Source: the human T2T-CHM13v2.0 reference genome, Homo sapiens. From it: DNA of 64,000 nt. Positions 12,931 through 25,469 of this stretch are shown here, one piece after another. The stretch lies in the NCBI RefSeq assembly GCF_009914755.1, contig NC_060946.1; one strand, 5' to 3'. Under the pieces are notes generated by a model that was given only the letters and a program-made list of their open reading frames with translations, ran no database searches and had not been told where the DNA came from. Numbering within the stretch: position 1 is the stretch's first letter; every line of letters starts with the position of its first letter. A program made the position numbers and the translations under genes.

Positions 12931-13289
12931 GACCCCTCCCCACTAACAAAACAAAACAGTGATTTAACTCAGTGGAACATGTTTATTCTGTGATGAACTC
13001 AGACAAACTGGCTTTGGAGGGACCATCTCCCTCATGAAACTCACAGGCCCAGGACAGGTCAGGAGCAGGTTGGCTGACAGGCTGTGGGATCTGGAACACT
13101 CCATAGCAGGAGGAGAGCTTTGCAGGGCTGCTCAGCTGGAAGTGAAGACGTGGGGGCTAGCTTCCTTGGTTGCCACCCCACTATGGGCCAGCTCCCTCAG
13201 TCAACTGTCAAAAGCTCCCAACAACACCCGCTTACAACAGTCTGTGAGATTTGGTTATACCATGAGCAGAGACTGAATCTCTCTTGACC

Positions 13290-13445
13290 ACCCAGTTACA
13301 GATGAGGAAACTGAGGCTCAGAGAGGCCAGATAACCTGCCTAAGGCCTCACGGGAGGTTCTCCTCTATCACATAGCTGGTGAGTGGCAGGGCCTGGGTTT
13401 GAATTGTGACAGCCTGCTCCCGGGCTCACATTGCAACCACCATCA
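13290..13445 (-). mobile_element. MIR
   Basis: TTACAGATGAGGAAACTGAGGCTCAGAGAGG core. Confidence 0.8.
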
Positions 13446-14949
13446 TATGGCCCTGACATCCCAGTTGATGAACAAGTATTTTATGAAATGACAAGTCTAT
13501 TAATCACTGTCTTGGGGCTCCATCCTGTGGCCCCCGAGGGCAGAGAGGCACAACATATAGAACATAGAAGGGGCCAGTGTAAGGCATACTTTCCAGGGCC
13601 AGAACTCTTCAAAGCTGAAATTGGCTATGGGCATGTGGTAGAGAGCTCCCCATCCCTGGAGGCAAACAAGCAGAAAGTAGTCAATCACTGTATACACATG
13701 GGCTTCAAATGTTCGGTAGGGATATACTAGATGATCTGTATTACTTCTCCCAACCTTAACACCCTATACATGGTCAGTCATTCATCTATAGATTTATTCA
13801 TGCAATTATTGAGCCTTTACTGGGCACCAGGCACCGGGTTAAACACAAAACAAAAAAAATATCAACGTGGTCCCAGTCCTCATGAAGTTTACAGGGAAAG
13901 TGACAGCACAAGCATTTTGGTAACATTTGCTCTCATATCAAAAGTGTTGCCTATAGTCCAGAGATAGTTACATCATGTAACCTCATTAAACTTCTCCCTA
14001 GTAGAGGTTAGCATGCTCCCTTTTGGAGGAGGAACTGAGGCATGAAGAAGTGCAGGGAGCTGCCCAAATCGTGTGTTAAAGACAGAGACAGGACACAAAC
14101 CTTGATCTATATAAAAATCTCTGTAAGAACTTTGTCTCCTACCCAAGGAATAGGTCTACAATCCCTATAGAAAATTCAGGGCCCCCTGGAAGACACTAAC
14201 CACCGCCCCCCGCCCCACCGCCCCCACCACATACACAGAGAAAAAAAACAACCTTCATGCCAATTTCCCTGGCCAAGGATGCTCTAGGAAACCCCCATCT
14301 TCCTTCTTAGGCAGCAGAAGAAGACGTTCGGCAAAAGCCAGATCACTTTCCTCTACGCTTAATGTTTTCTCGACTAAATTAAAGTCATACTTCATTTTAA
14401 ATTAAGGGGATTTTTAAAAAATGAAATATCTACAACATTTAAATATCATTAGTAATTACATTTTATTTTATTTCGAGCTGGTTGGGAACGTTTTATTTCT
14501 AATTAGGTACATTTGTTTTTAATATCCAGTTTACGAAACAGAAGGACCTCGCTGAACTGAATGGGGAGTGGGAGGGAACTAGCTAGGTCTAGCACGTGAT
14601 TGGAGGAAGTGAGCTCTGCAGAGATCAGAAAGATCCCCAGACCACAGGTGCTGCTCCTTCAACACTCACATCTCTGGGACCAGCAGCTCTTCTGCCTTTG
14701 TTGTTAGTCATTGCAGAAGCAATGGGGAGCATGCAAAATTGGGCACTGGTGGAAACGTGTGATAATAATTACAGAAAACTTATTTTAACCAGTGTTTACT
14801 ATATATAAAGCATTTGTACTAAGCATTTTACTACTTGAAGCACCACTGCTAATGATGATAAAAATCAGCTAACATTTATTGAGTAGTTGCCATATGCCCA
14901 ACACTTCATATACAGGATTACTTTAATCCTCACAAGGAACTTTCTTAGG

Positions 14950-15205
14950 TAGATCCAATCCGTCATTCTCAATCTATAATCCGTAAAGCTCTGAAAACTT
15001 CAAGTATTTTTGGAATGCATTTGGCGGCAAATCCTGACCTCACCTGACAAGAGGCACTCTGAGGTCTTCATGAACCCTTGGACTGGGAGCCAGCACAATC
15101 TGTTGCAGAAAGGCTGGCACTGCCCCAGCTGCTGGTGGTGAGACTTCTCTGAAATATGAACAAGACCTGGCCCTAAAAGATCTGGATGAGGAATGGTAGG
15201 CCTGT
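14950..15205. mobile_element. Old TcMar-Tigger-type non-autonomous DNA transposon inserted in a MIR (~14850-15320)
   Basis: AAAGCTCTGAAAAC...CATTTGGCGGCAAATCCTGACCT resembles recalled consensus; MIR halves on both sides. Confidence 0.5.
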
Positions 15206-16339
15206 GTACTATTTTACCAACTTTACAGGTGAGGAAATAGTTGGATATTGAAATAACTTACCTCAGGGTCACACAGCTCTGGAGTGTGGATTTGAACTTA
15301 TGTCTTCCTGTTACACTGTTCAGAAAACAGAGGATCAGCCCTGGTGGCCCCCACCTGTGCCCATGTCTTCCCCCCTTGGTCCTGGGACAAGGCTTGGTGT
15401 CCCAAGTGGGACTAGAACCCAGGACTCTGCCTTGTTGCCCCATCCACCCCAGTTCAGCTGACTGTGCAGAGTATGTGTTGCCTGGCTCTGTGACTGACAT
15501 GACAACATTCACCCTAAAGAAATGGGCTTGGGGTTGGCTGATTACTGAGCTAGCAGGGACCTCAGATGTTGTGGGAAATCTGCAGTTAATACTTTGGGGG
15601 CATTTTCATATAAAATGTAGGTGTCTGAACTTCACACCTACCTATGGAATAAGAATCTTCAAGGGTGTGACCCAGAAACCTGCATTTTCAATATTCTCTC
15701 CCCATCATGATCTGATGGTGAGCAGTTCAGAATCATCTCATTCCCCCTCCACCAGCACCTGTTGTATGAATCTTCTCTCCGGCTTCCCTGACAAAAAGAT
15801 GCTTGATCTGTTTTGTTTGCATACCTCCAGTAATGGGGAGCTCACTCACTTTCATAGCTATTAAGTCCAAACCTTAAGCTTATGAAACATCCCAATGCTG
15901 ACCCCTGGAGACTTGCAGAACAAACAGCTGCTTCTGCACAGGTTATCTTGACTGGGGGCAGATTACACATGGTGTGTGTGTGGACAGTGGCCAAAGAGGG
16001 GGCTGGGACTATATTCCAATGTTGTCAGAAGTCATCATTCAGATGAAGGAACAGTAATGAAGTTTCAAACAAAATATGCATTGCCATATTTGCATTTGAG
16101 AAGACTCAAGCTGGGGTCACTACCTGTGGCCAGTAGATTAGATGGTGTCAGGCAAAGTTGACCAACCAGGTGATCCAAAGACCCCAGCTGTGCCCATAAC
16201 TTCTTTATGATCTCATGCAAGGTCATAAACTCCACCCAAGTTCTTTGAGCCTCAGTTTTGTCTTCTGTAAAATGTAAGAAGCAATAACTACCTCTTAGGG
16301 ATGTATAGAGAGAATTCCCGCAGGAGAGAGATGGCATAT

Positions 16340-16820
16340 TTCAAATTGAGACTATTCGATCCAGGGGCTGGTCATCAAGATGGAGCAGGGTATAGAGAAG
16401 CCATTAGGGATGATACAGAACACCACCAAAGGGTTAGTAACGGTGGGGAACTGTTTGCACCCCGAAGCCTGAAAGAGTGAAGTAGGGTGGGATTACCTGG
16501 AAAGAGAGAGAGAGACAGAAGGAGAATGAGATTGAGGGAAGGGCTGCCTGGCAGGGGAAGCTGACGCCTTCAGGCAAGTGAAGAAGCCAGCCCGCAGCAA
16601 CTCTGCAGGGAAGAATATAGGGAAATAAACGCCTTCATCTCTCTCTTGTCCCACCCGCAGAGCTCCTTCTGGGATTCTCTATTGGCTGAACTCAGCCAGA
16701 AGCTGCCAAGGGAGACCCCCACAACTGGATGCAGCCCACTGAAGTCAGCTTCCTGGGGTGCGTAGCTGAAGGTAGCAGGGAGCAAAAAGAATCTGAAGGG
16801 GAAGTGAACAATGTAGAGCG
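16340..16820 (-). mobile_element. Old ERVL LTR (LTR40/LTR41-like)
   Basis: ATTGGCTGAACTCAGCCAGAAGC...AAGGGAG...GATGCAGCCCAC...GTCAGCTTCCTGGGG terminal motif. Confidence 0.6.
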
Positions 16821-17754
16821 TATCTGTGCTGAAGACGTAAGGAGAGAGTGGAGGTCAGAAGCTGGCATGGTCCCTGGTGCATGTATCAGCCGCTAAAGGT
16901 AAGTCCCCTCCCACTGCCACAGCCCTGCTGTCCTTGGCATTAACTGACACCCCAAACAGAATACCCAGCTCAAGGACCTTGGGTCGGACCCCTCAGAGAT
17001 TGTGGGACCCACCAAGTGGCCAGTCCTGGGCACTGCACAGACACGGGGCATGGGTTTGCCAGGAAGCCAGGCAGGCTTGAGGCCAGGGGCCGCTGGGGCT
17101 GTTTGTGCAACTCTGCCTGCTTGTAGCTGTGAGCTGCGTAGCCACGAGCTGTCGAAATCAAGAGGCTGACATTTAACATGCAGCAGCTTCCTGTGATGGA
17201 TAAATATTAAACACAGCACGACCGACAGGACTAAGTAAATATCTATTAGTCTCCGAGATGGAGTCTGCAGGCACAAGGAGAGGATGTCCTAATTGTTCAC
17301 CCTCCTTGTAATGTTAAATAAGCATCTCGCCAGACTTCAACCAGGAGGAGATGCCTTGCTTGGTTCTCTCAATTTCTCTCTCTCTGTGTCTCTCTTTCCC
17401 CCCTATCCCCGGTCTCTCTCTCTCCATCTTTTTTGATTTATCTCAATCTCTTTTTAACTTTATTATATTAACTCGAAGAGTCTTAAATTTTTTGAGACCA
17501 GGCCAGAAAAAAAAAAAAAAAACAACATGAAAAAGTAAGCATTTTCATGACCTTCCTCCAAAGACTGGAATAGAAAGCAAAACTGCTGGAGACCCTAGTA
17601 ATGGTACAATTCAACCTATTTCTTTATAAATGTTAAGAAAAAAAATAAATGGTGAAGGACAAGGAGGAAGATTGTGGCAAAAATCCCTAACCCATGAGGT
17701 CAAGTCTAGTGCTGGCTATCTTTCGTCTCCATTGGAAAGTCTAATTTTCTACCC

Positions 17755-17907
17755 TGTGTATGTGTGCATGTGTGTGTATACATATATACACATTATATTA
17801 TCTATAATGTACTATCTACTATATATGTCTACCCTGAATATTAATATGTATATGATAGTATCTATTACACACACACACACACGCACACAATACATACATA
17901 CACACAC
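17755..17907 (+). repeat. Compound (TG)/(TA)/(CA) low-complexity repeat
   Basis: Directly visible. Confidence 0.85.
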
Positions 17908-18049
17908 TTTGGCAACATGCTGCAGTGCCATGTTGCTGAGCACCATGCATTAAATCAGCCAATGCATGTTAACTATGCACCTGCTATAAGAGATACACTG
18001 TGCCAGGCCTTGAGTCAGAGGCGCAAACAAGAGAGAGTAGGTCATTGAC

Positions 18050-18606
18050 TGTATTTGTTATTTACTGTTATGTAACATGTCACCACAAACTTTGTGGCCG
18101 AAAACTACAAACACTTATTATCTCATGTTTTCTGTGGGTCAGGAATCCAGGCTTTGCAAGATCCTCCGCTCAGGATCTCTCATGAAACTGCAGTCACAGT
18201 GTTGTCTGGGTCTGCAGTCTCATCTGCAAGGTTGACTGGGGAAGGAGCCACTTCCCAATTCATGTGTTTGTTGGCAGAATTCCGTTCCATTAACACTGAG
18301 TAATGAAGCCTTCTGTTTTTCATTGGCTATTGGCTAGAGGCTGTCTCCAGTTCCTTACCCTGGGGGTCTCTCCATAGGTTGGCTTACAACATGGCCACTG
18401 GCACCATCTAAGCTAGCAAGGGAGATAATGTATTTGCATATTAGCAAGATAGGCATTACAGTTTTATACAATATAATCATAGAGGTGGCATCCTATCCCC
18501 TTTGTAGCATTGGATAGAGGCAAGACACTCAAGGGAAGTGTCACAAAAGAGTGTGAGTACTGGGAAGTGGAGATCATGGGGCCCACCTTATAGTTTATTC
18601 TCCACA
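18050..18606 (-). mobile_element. MaLR LTR, MLT1F-like, nested in an L2 (~17950-19850)
   Basis: TTATTATCTCATGTTTTCTGTGGGTCAGGAATCCAGG...; L2 resumes at 18607. Confidence 0.75.
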
Positions 18607-19054
18607 CTGGCAATGGAGCTTATGTTCCAGTAGAGAAGGCAGACAACACATACATAGATCAAGAAAATCATCACTAATAGTGAAAAATGTCAGGAAGATC
18701 ACCAGGGATCTTTGATCAAAGATAGTGAAGGGCTAGTTCAAGAACAATGTGGAGACAGAAGGAGCTACTTTACATAGGGCCCCAGAAATAGCCTCTCATG
18801 AAGAGATCAGTTTAGTGGAGACTTGATGAATGAGAAGAGCCCAATCTTGCTGTGGTGAAAGGTTACTCAGGCAGAGGGAATGGCAAGAACAAAAGTCTGA
18901 AGGCAGAAAGGAGGCCAGTGTCGTTGAAGTACAGTGGGCATAGTAGACTGTGGTTTGCAATAAGGTTGAGAGGTAGGCAGAACTCAAGCCATGCAGGGAC
19001 TTATAGGCCAAGTGAGGGGAGGCATTAAAATTTGATTCTTAGGGTGACAGGCAG

Positions 19055-19712
<658 letters not shown>

Positions 19713-20275
19713 CTGGAAGTCATTGGAAGGTTTGAAAAAGAGGAATGGCACTTTTTAAAGAGCCCTTAGGTTACTGTCTACAAAATAAATTTGGGGGCAA
19801 GCATCATAACCTGAATTACAGGTAGATGACCATGCAGATTCATGATGAAGATGGCTCAGTCAAGGGTGAGAACAGTGGCAAGGAAGGGAGGTCTCAGTAG
19901 GAGGTAGATGCACTGGGGTTGGGAAAGGATGGCTGTGCCCTCTTTGTTGTGATCTGTCATCTCAGTATTCTGGGAAGATGGCATCTCGTTGGAGAATAGG
20001 AATAGCAAGAGGAGGTATAGGGGGCACATACTGGAGAAGACCATGGTGGGGGCAGGAGGTGGGTGGCCATTGAGGTCTGTGTACAAATATTCCATCTCTC
20101 CTCCCTCCATTTGGAACAGAAGTGGAGAGTATGAACATAAGCAAGAGGAAGTGATGAGTATCCCTTCCAGGAGAACTCTAAGAGGCAGTGAGTGATTTGC
20201 TGGGCTCCCAAGCCCTCTGCTCTGATGACAGCAAAGCCCCAAATCATGGTGCCTCCATCAGTCGGGACCCCTCAG

Positions 20276-20452
20276 CAGAGCCAGCTTCACAGGTGAGCAA
20301 CCTGTGCAGTCACACAGGGTCCCACAGTTAAAGGGACCCTGCACTTGGTTTATTGCTCTGTTGTCACCATCTTCAAATTCTTAGCAATGTTTGAACAAGG
20401 GGTCCTGCATTTGCATTGTGCACTGAGCTCTGCAAATTACAGAGCTGGTCCT
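20276..20452 (+). mobile_element. MER91A-like hAT DNA transposon
   Basis: ACCTGTGCAGTCACACAGGG...TTGAACAAGGGGTCCTGCATTTGCATTGTGCACTG...GCAAATTA. Confidence 0.8.
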
Positions 20453-21845
20453 ACCTCTGACTGAAGCCAGTGCTTTGCAACACCTCAGCTGTCTCTTGGG
20501 GAGCAAGTAGCATAAGTGAGAAATAAAAATTGTCTGAAGTCACTAAAATTCAGGAATTACTTTGTTACTGCAGAATAGCTTAGCCTATTCTAACTGCCCA
20601 TGGAAGCAACGGCAAGGCCAAAGGCTTCTAGAGGGGAAAGAAATAAGCCTAGAAGAAAGAGCACTAAGATGGGCTCAAATCTCTTATGTTACGTTTTGAG
20701 CTCTGGATGAGATTTGCTTGAAAGGTATTTTTGTTCTTATTCTAAGGGCAACTACATTTCTAACTAGATCTATGGTATATTGGTATATGTCTTGGATAAT
20801 ACCTCTCAGACTTAGGCAGACCTGAGTTGCACTACTGGCTGTGTGACCTTGAGCAGATGACTCAACTCTCCAAGGCTCAAATTCTCACCTGTAACATGGG
20901 AGTGATCATGACAGGTTCTCCTTCATAGGGCTGTTATGATAATCCAAGTAAGTGCTCAAATCCTGGTAGCTGTTATCTTTGTTGTTGACTAATGAAGAGT
21001 GTGAGGCTTCCCCAAAGCCAGCTTCTCCATCTGATCCCTCTGAGTCTCACCCATTTAGCTGGAGTGGATGAATCAGAACTTTCCCCATGGGAGCATTTAT
21101 AAAAAGGGGACACCCAGCGCAGAAGATGTTTTCCAGGGAGATCTCGGGGAGCCCAACAAGCCAAGAAGAGCAGAGCAAAGCATTCCAAGGAAGGACTCTA
21201 AGTCTGCAACCGAGCACACACGAGGTAGGTGCTTTTACCCCTGCTGTGCATTCAAGGAAAGGAGATCCGGAGAGGTTATAGCATCAGTCCCTAGTCACAA
21301 AAATTAGTAGCAGACCTGGGATTCATGCCAAGACATGCTGATGCCCTAACCAGGTCTCTTAACCACACCACTGCATGGCTTTTTGCAAAACTGTGGTTGA
21401 TAAATTTTCCCTCTTTGTTATTTTGTGTCCTTCATGCCGGTAACTAACACGGTAAATTCCCATGCAAGTTTATTTCAAGGTTAACACTTGCCTTTGTAGA
21501 TGACTTCCCTTGCTTTCTCTCATCAGAAATCCCTAACCGTGCGGGGTAAGCCTGGATGGCAAGGAGCTTAGAACACAACTCAGTGGTCATGAGCCTGACG
21601 TCATTCATCACTTTGCATACCTTCAAGTTCTTCCAACCTCCTCTCTCCTTCAAAAATCTTACTTTGGGCTCTGCCTCTTCCAAGAAGCAGTAGCAAGTCC
21701 CCCAGCTGATGAGCAGAATAAAAATTTTTACAAATGTGCATACCAATGGAGTTATTTTAGAATATGCCCAGGCCTGCAGAGGATGACTGCAAAAGCCCCT
21801 ACTATTGGTAGAGCAGTGAGAAAATTGGTTTCACTGTCATGCCTT

Positions 21846-22330
21846 GTGTATTAGTTATCTATTGACTTATGCTAATTGACTGATGCTACATTTTTTAAAA
21901 AAACCACAAAACCTCAGCAGCATACAGCAATAAGTTTGCATTGCTTGTGCATTTAGGGTGCTCAGCCAGGTGGTTCTGCTGATCTTGCTAGGGATTACTC
22001 ATGCCCAGGGCTTGGCTGGCTGTTGGCTGATTGAGACTGGCCTCAGTGGGAATGATTCTGGCATCTCAGTTTGCTCCATGTATCTCTCATCCTCCAGGGT
22101 AGCCTACGCATGTACGTCTTGCAGTGATGGCAAGGAGCAGGAGAAAGAAAGCCCATCCAAACAAGCATATTGGAAGCCTATGTATCCCATAAGCTGACAT
22201 CTTGTTGCCCAAAGCATGTCATGTGCGTGGTCCAGAGTCAGTGTTGAAGGGCTCTGCAAAATCACATGGTAAAGACTGTGGTTTCAGGGAGGAGTGAAGA
22301 TTTGTGCGCATTGCTCCAATTGACAACCAT
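21846..22330 (-). mobile_element. Old MaLR LTR (MLT1H/I-like)
   Basis: TGTGTATTAGTTATCTATTG...CTCAGCCAGGTGGTTCTGCTG...GCAAAATCACATGGTAAAG. Confidence 0.65.
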
Positions 22331-23108
22331 GGCACTAGGCTCAGGCCACACTTCTTCCTAACAAGAGAGCAAGTCAAAGCGTGGTTAGTTAAAGTCCATA
22401 CAAAAACTCACTTTAACAGGCCTCCTCTGGATTGAACAGCTGATATTAAGTCATAAGGTACCACATCAGAAAGATACTGGGTATCTTTGGTTCAGCAATT
22501 CCATCACCAGGGACTTTTTCATCCTAAGGAAATCACTGCACGGTGGACAAAGATATATGCATAAGGATGCTCCTTCTGGCCAAAGACCAAAAACATAAGT
22601 GGCCATCAGTAAAAGCCAAGTGAGTAAACTATGGTCTATATATGCAATGATCAAAGAAATAAAGGAAAATATATAATTCTCTAGAAAGTATCAAGTAATA
22701 TGGAAGGAAACTAGGCAGGGGAGGAGAATGGGTGTGGGGGCAACAAGGAGAGGCCAGAGTGAGAAGGTGAGGCTGTGACCTCAGAATGATGAGGTGTGCG
22801 GGGAGGAGATTCCAGGCAGTGGGACAGCATGTGCAAAGGGCCAGCGTGTGTGAGGGGTCCTGATGTCACCAACACTACCACTAGCCCTCCTCCAAGTCCT
22901 CTCCCATGGGTCACATGAGCTCATATGGTTGCAATCCAATTTCAAAAAGGTCTCCTAACTTACCAGGCTCAAGCTGTTACTGAGAGTCCACCTTGACTTC
23001 TCAGGGGTCACTCCATTTTCCAAAGACCAACCAATTAGGTACAAGAGCAGAAGGGCTGTGGCCAAACAGACTTGCTGGAATTGCTCTTTGAAAGGGTATG
23101 AGCCAAGA

Positions 23109-23411
23109 TTTTTTTATTTTTTCTTTTTTTAGACAGAGTCTCACTCTGTTACCCAGGCTGGAATGCAGTGGCACGATCTTGGTTCACTGCAACCTCCGCC
23201 CTCCAGGTTCAAGTGATTCTTCTGTTTCAGCCCCCCAAGTAGCTGAGACTACAGGCACAAACCACCACGTCCAACTAATTTTTGTATTTTTAGTAGAGAC
23301 GGGGTTTTGCCATGTTGGCCAGGCTGATCTCAAACTCCTGACCTCAGGTGTTCCCTCTGCCTTGGCCTCCCAAAGTGTTGGGATTACAGGTATGAGCCAC
23401 CCCACTTGGCC
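23109..23411 (-). mobile_element. AluS (Sx/Sz-like)
   Basis: Full dimer; flanked by CAAGATTT on both sides. Confidence 0.95.
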
Positions 23412-23431
23412 CAAGATTTCTAATAGGTGGG

Positions 23432-23790
23432 TGCTACAGGTTGAATGTGTCCCCCAAAGTTGATGTGCTGGAAACTTGATCCCCAATGCAACAGTGTTGG
23501 GAGGTGGGGCCTGATGGGAGGTGTTTAATGAGGGCTCCACTTTCATTAATGAATTAATGCCAATTATAAAAGGGCTGACTCGAGGCTGCAAGTTTAATCT
23601 CTTGCTCTCTCACTCTTTCTCGCCCTTCCACCTTCTACCATGGAATGACACAGCATGAAGGTCCTCACTAGATACAGCCCCTCAATCTTAGACATCCCAT
23701 TCTCCAGAACTGTAAGAAATAAATCTCTGTTCCTCATAAATTACCCAGTCTCAGGCATTCTGTTATAGTAATACTTCATGGACAAAGACA
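23432..23790 (+). mobile_element. MaLR LTR, MSTC/MSTD-like
   Basis: TGCTACAGGTTGAATGTGTCCCCCAAAG...ATAAATTACCCAGTCTCAGG...AAGACA. Confidence 0.85.
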
Positions 23791-25469
23791 ATGTGTGAGC
23801 AGAGGGAAGGGAGTAACCAATGGGACCAGAGACAGCCTGGGATGGAGGAGAAGAGAGAGGTTTTGCAAATCAGTTGAGCTGGCTTTGCCTGGCCCCACCA
23901 TTTACCCACTTTATGACCAAAGGCCTGTCACTTCACCTCTTGGAGCCTCAGTTTCCCTGTGAATATGAGAATCACACCCACTGCTAAGGTCATAAAGATT
24001 CAATGGCATGCACAGTACTTGGCACATTGGATATACTCAACTGATGGTAGCTAGATATTGTTGTTGCTGTTTCCTCTATCTCATTCTCTTTTCCTGACTT
24101 CATAGAACAAAACCACAATGCACTTCAACCAGGGCCCAAGCTTCTATTGAGCATGAAGCAGTCTTTGTTTTCCCTGAGCCCTCTTTTGAATTTTAGATTA
24201 TAGGTTTGATTAAGGATTCAAGATATTAGAATATGAGAATGCAAGTAACATTCTGTTTTTCCTGCTTGCAGATATTGATTTTCTGCCCCCATCTTTCTAT
24301 TCCATGGAGTTTGATGCCCAGGGACACATGTGGGCTGAAACAGACTGCCTCACCCACACACTGAGGCAGGCCCAAGCCTCTAATTATAGGGCAAGTTTAG
24401 GGTGGTCAGGCAGTCAGTACCTGGGTAAAGTCAGGCCTGAATTCATTCATTTATTTGCTAAGAAACATATGAATTCATTTATTTGCTAGTGAACCCAGCA
24501 TTTACTGTGAGCAGGCAGTGTACTGGGAGTGGAGAAGCAGTAGACAATACCCAGCCCCAAAGAACTCACTATCATAAATACCATGATGATAATAATGACA
24601 GCTATTTACTAAACACTTGCTACAGGCACTGTCCTTTTATTTTCTAATTTGATTATCCTAACAGTCAACATCCTGCCACCTGCCTACATCTCCCCAGGTA
24701 CCTGACTGTGATGTAAGACAGGCTAGAGCCCTCAGGGGAAAAGAGGTGTCTTCCCAAAGAACAGACATGGCAAAGGGCTGGCATGGTGGTCACCTTCGTC
24801 TGCTGGGCCACACACTCAGAGAGGCATGAGTAGAATGAGACACCAAAGAGGGCCTTGCAGTGACTGCTCACCAAAGAGGGGGCAGTTCTCATCTCCACAT
24901 TCCCACCCTGGACCACAGCATGCTTGGTCAGAGTCTCTGGGATTTGGACAGTAGTAGCCTTTGGTCACTTGGAGTGGCTCTGTGCTGCATGACACATATC
25001 ACTTTTTACTCGGAGACAGTGAGATGAACATGGAAAGTTCCCACTCTCTGCCAGGCCTTAGGAAGCAGAGGCAGGTTGAGGAGCACCTGACCCCAGCATG
25101 GGAGAAGGGAGGCCAGACAAGTGAACTGATCTTTACAGTGTGGAATGATGGAGGTGATAGTAAATATCTGGATGTCTATTCATGTGCCCATTTTATGGGA
25201 AAGCAGACTGAGGCTCCAAGAAGTTAAGCCATTTGTTCTCATTCTCAAAGCAAGCATAAAGTAAGATGGGGGCTTGAACTCAGATCTACTTGATAGGAAC
25301 AGTCAAGGGCTTATCCATTCCCTCCTACGTGTCAAGTGTGGTTGGGACCTTAGACTAATAAGAGGAAATTTGTGTAGTTCTCACCCTCAGGGGCTGATAG
25401 CAGACTCAAATTGCCAAGAGCAGGACTCTGCGATTATGTTTACTTCTAAAATTCTTTCTTATTTCATTG

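Noticed and set aside
15241-15864. 207-aa ORF
   Set aside because: TTG start, crosses MIR, MER5-like and CR1-like remnants, no recognisable domain
23098-23591. Alu-derived ORFs here and at 19129, 31158, 36314, 39957 and 54183
   Set aside because: Standard Alu translations (LECSG..., PPGSSDS...), not genes
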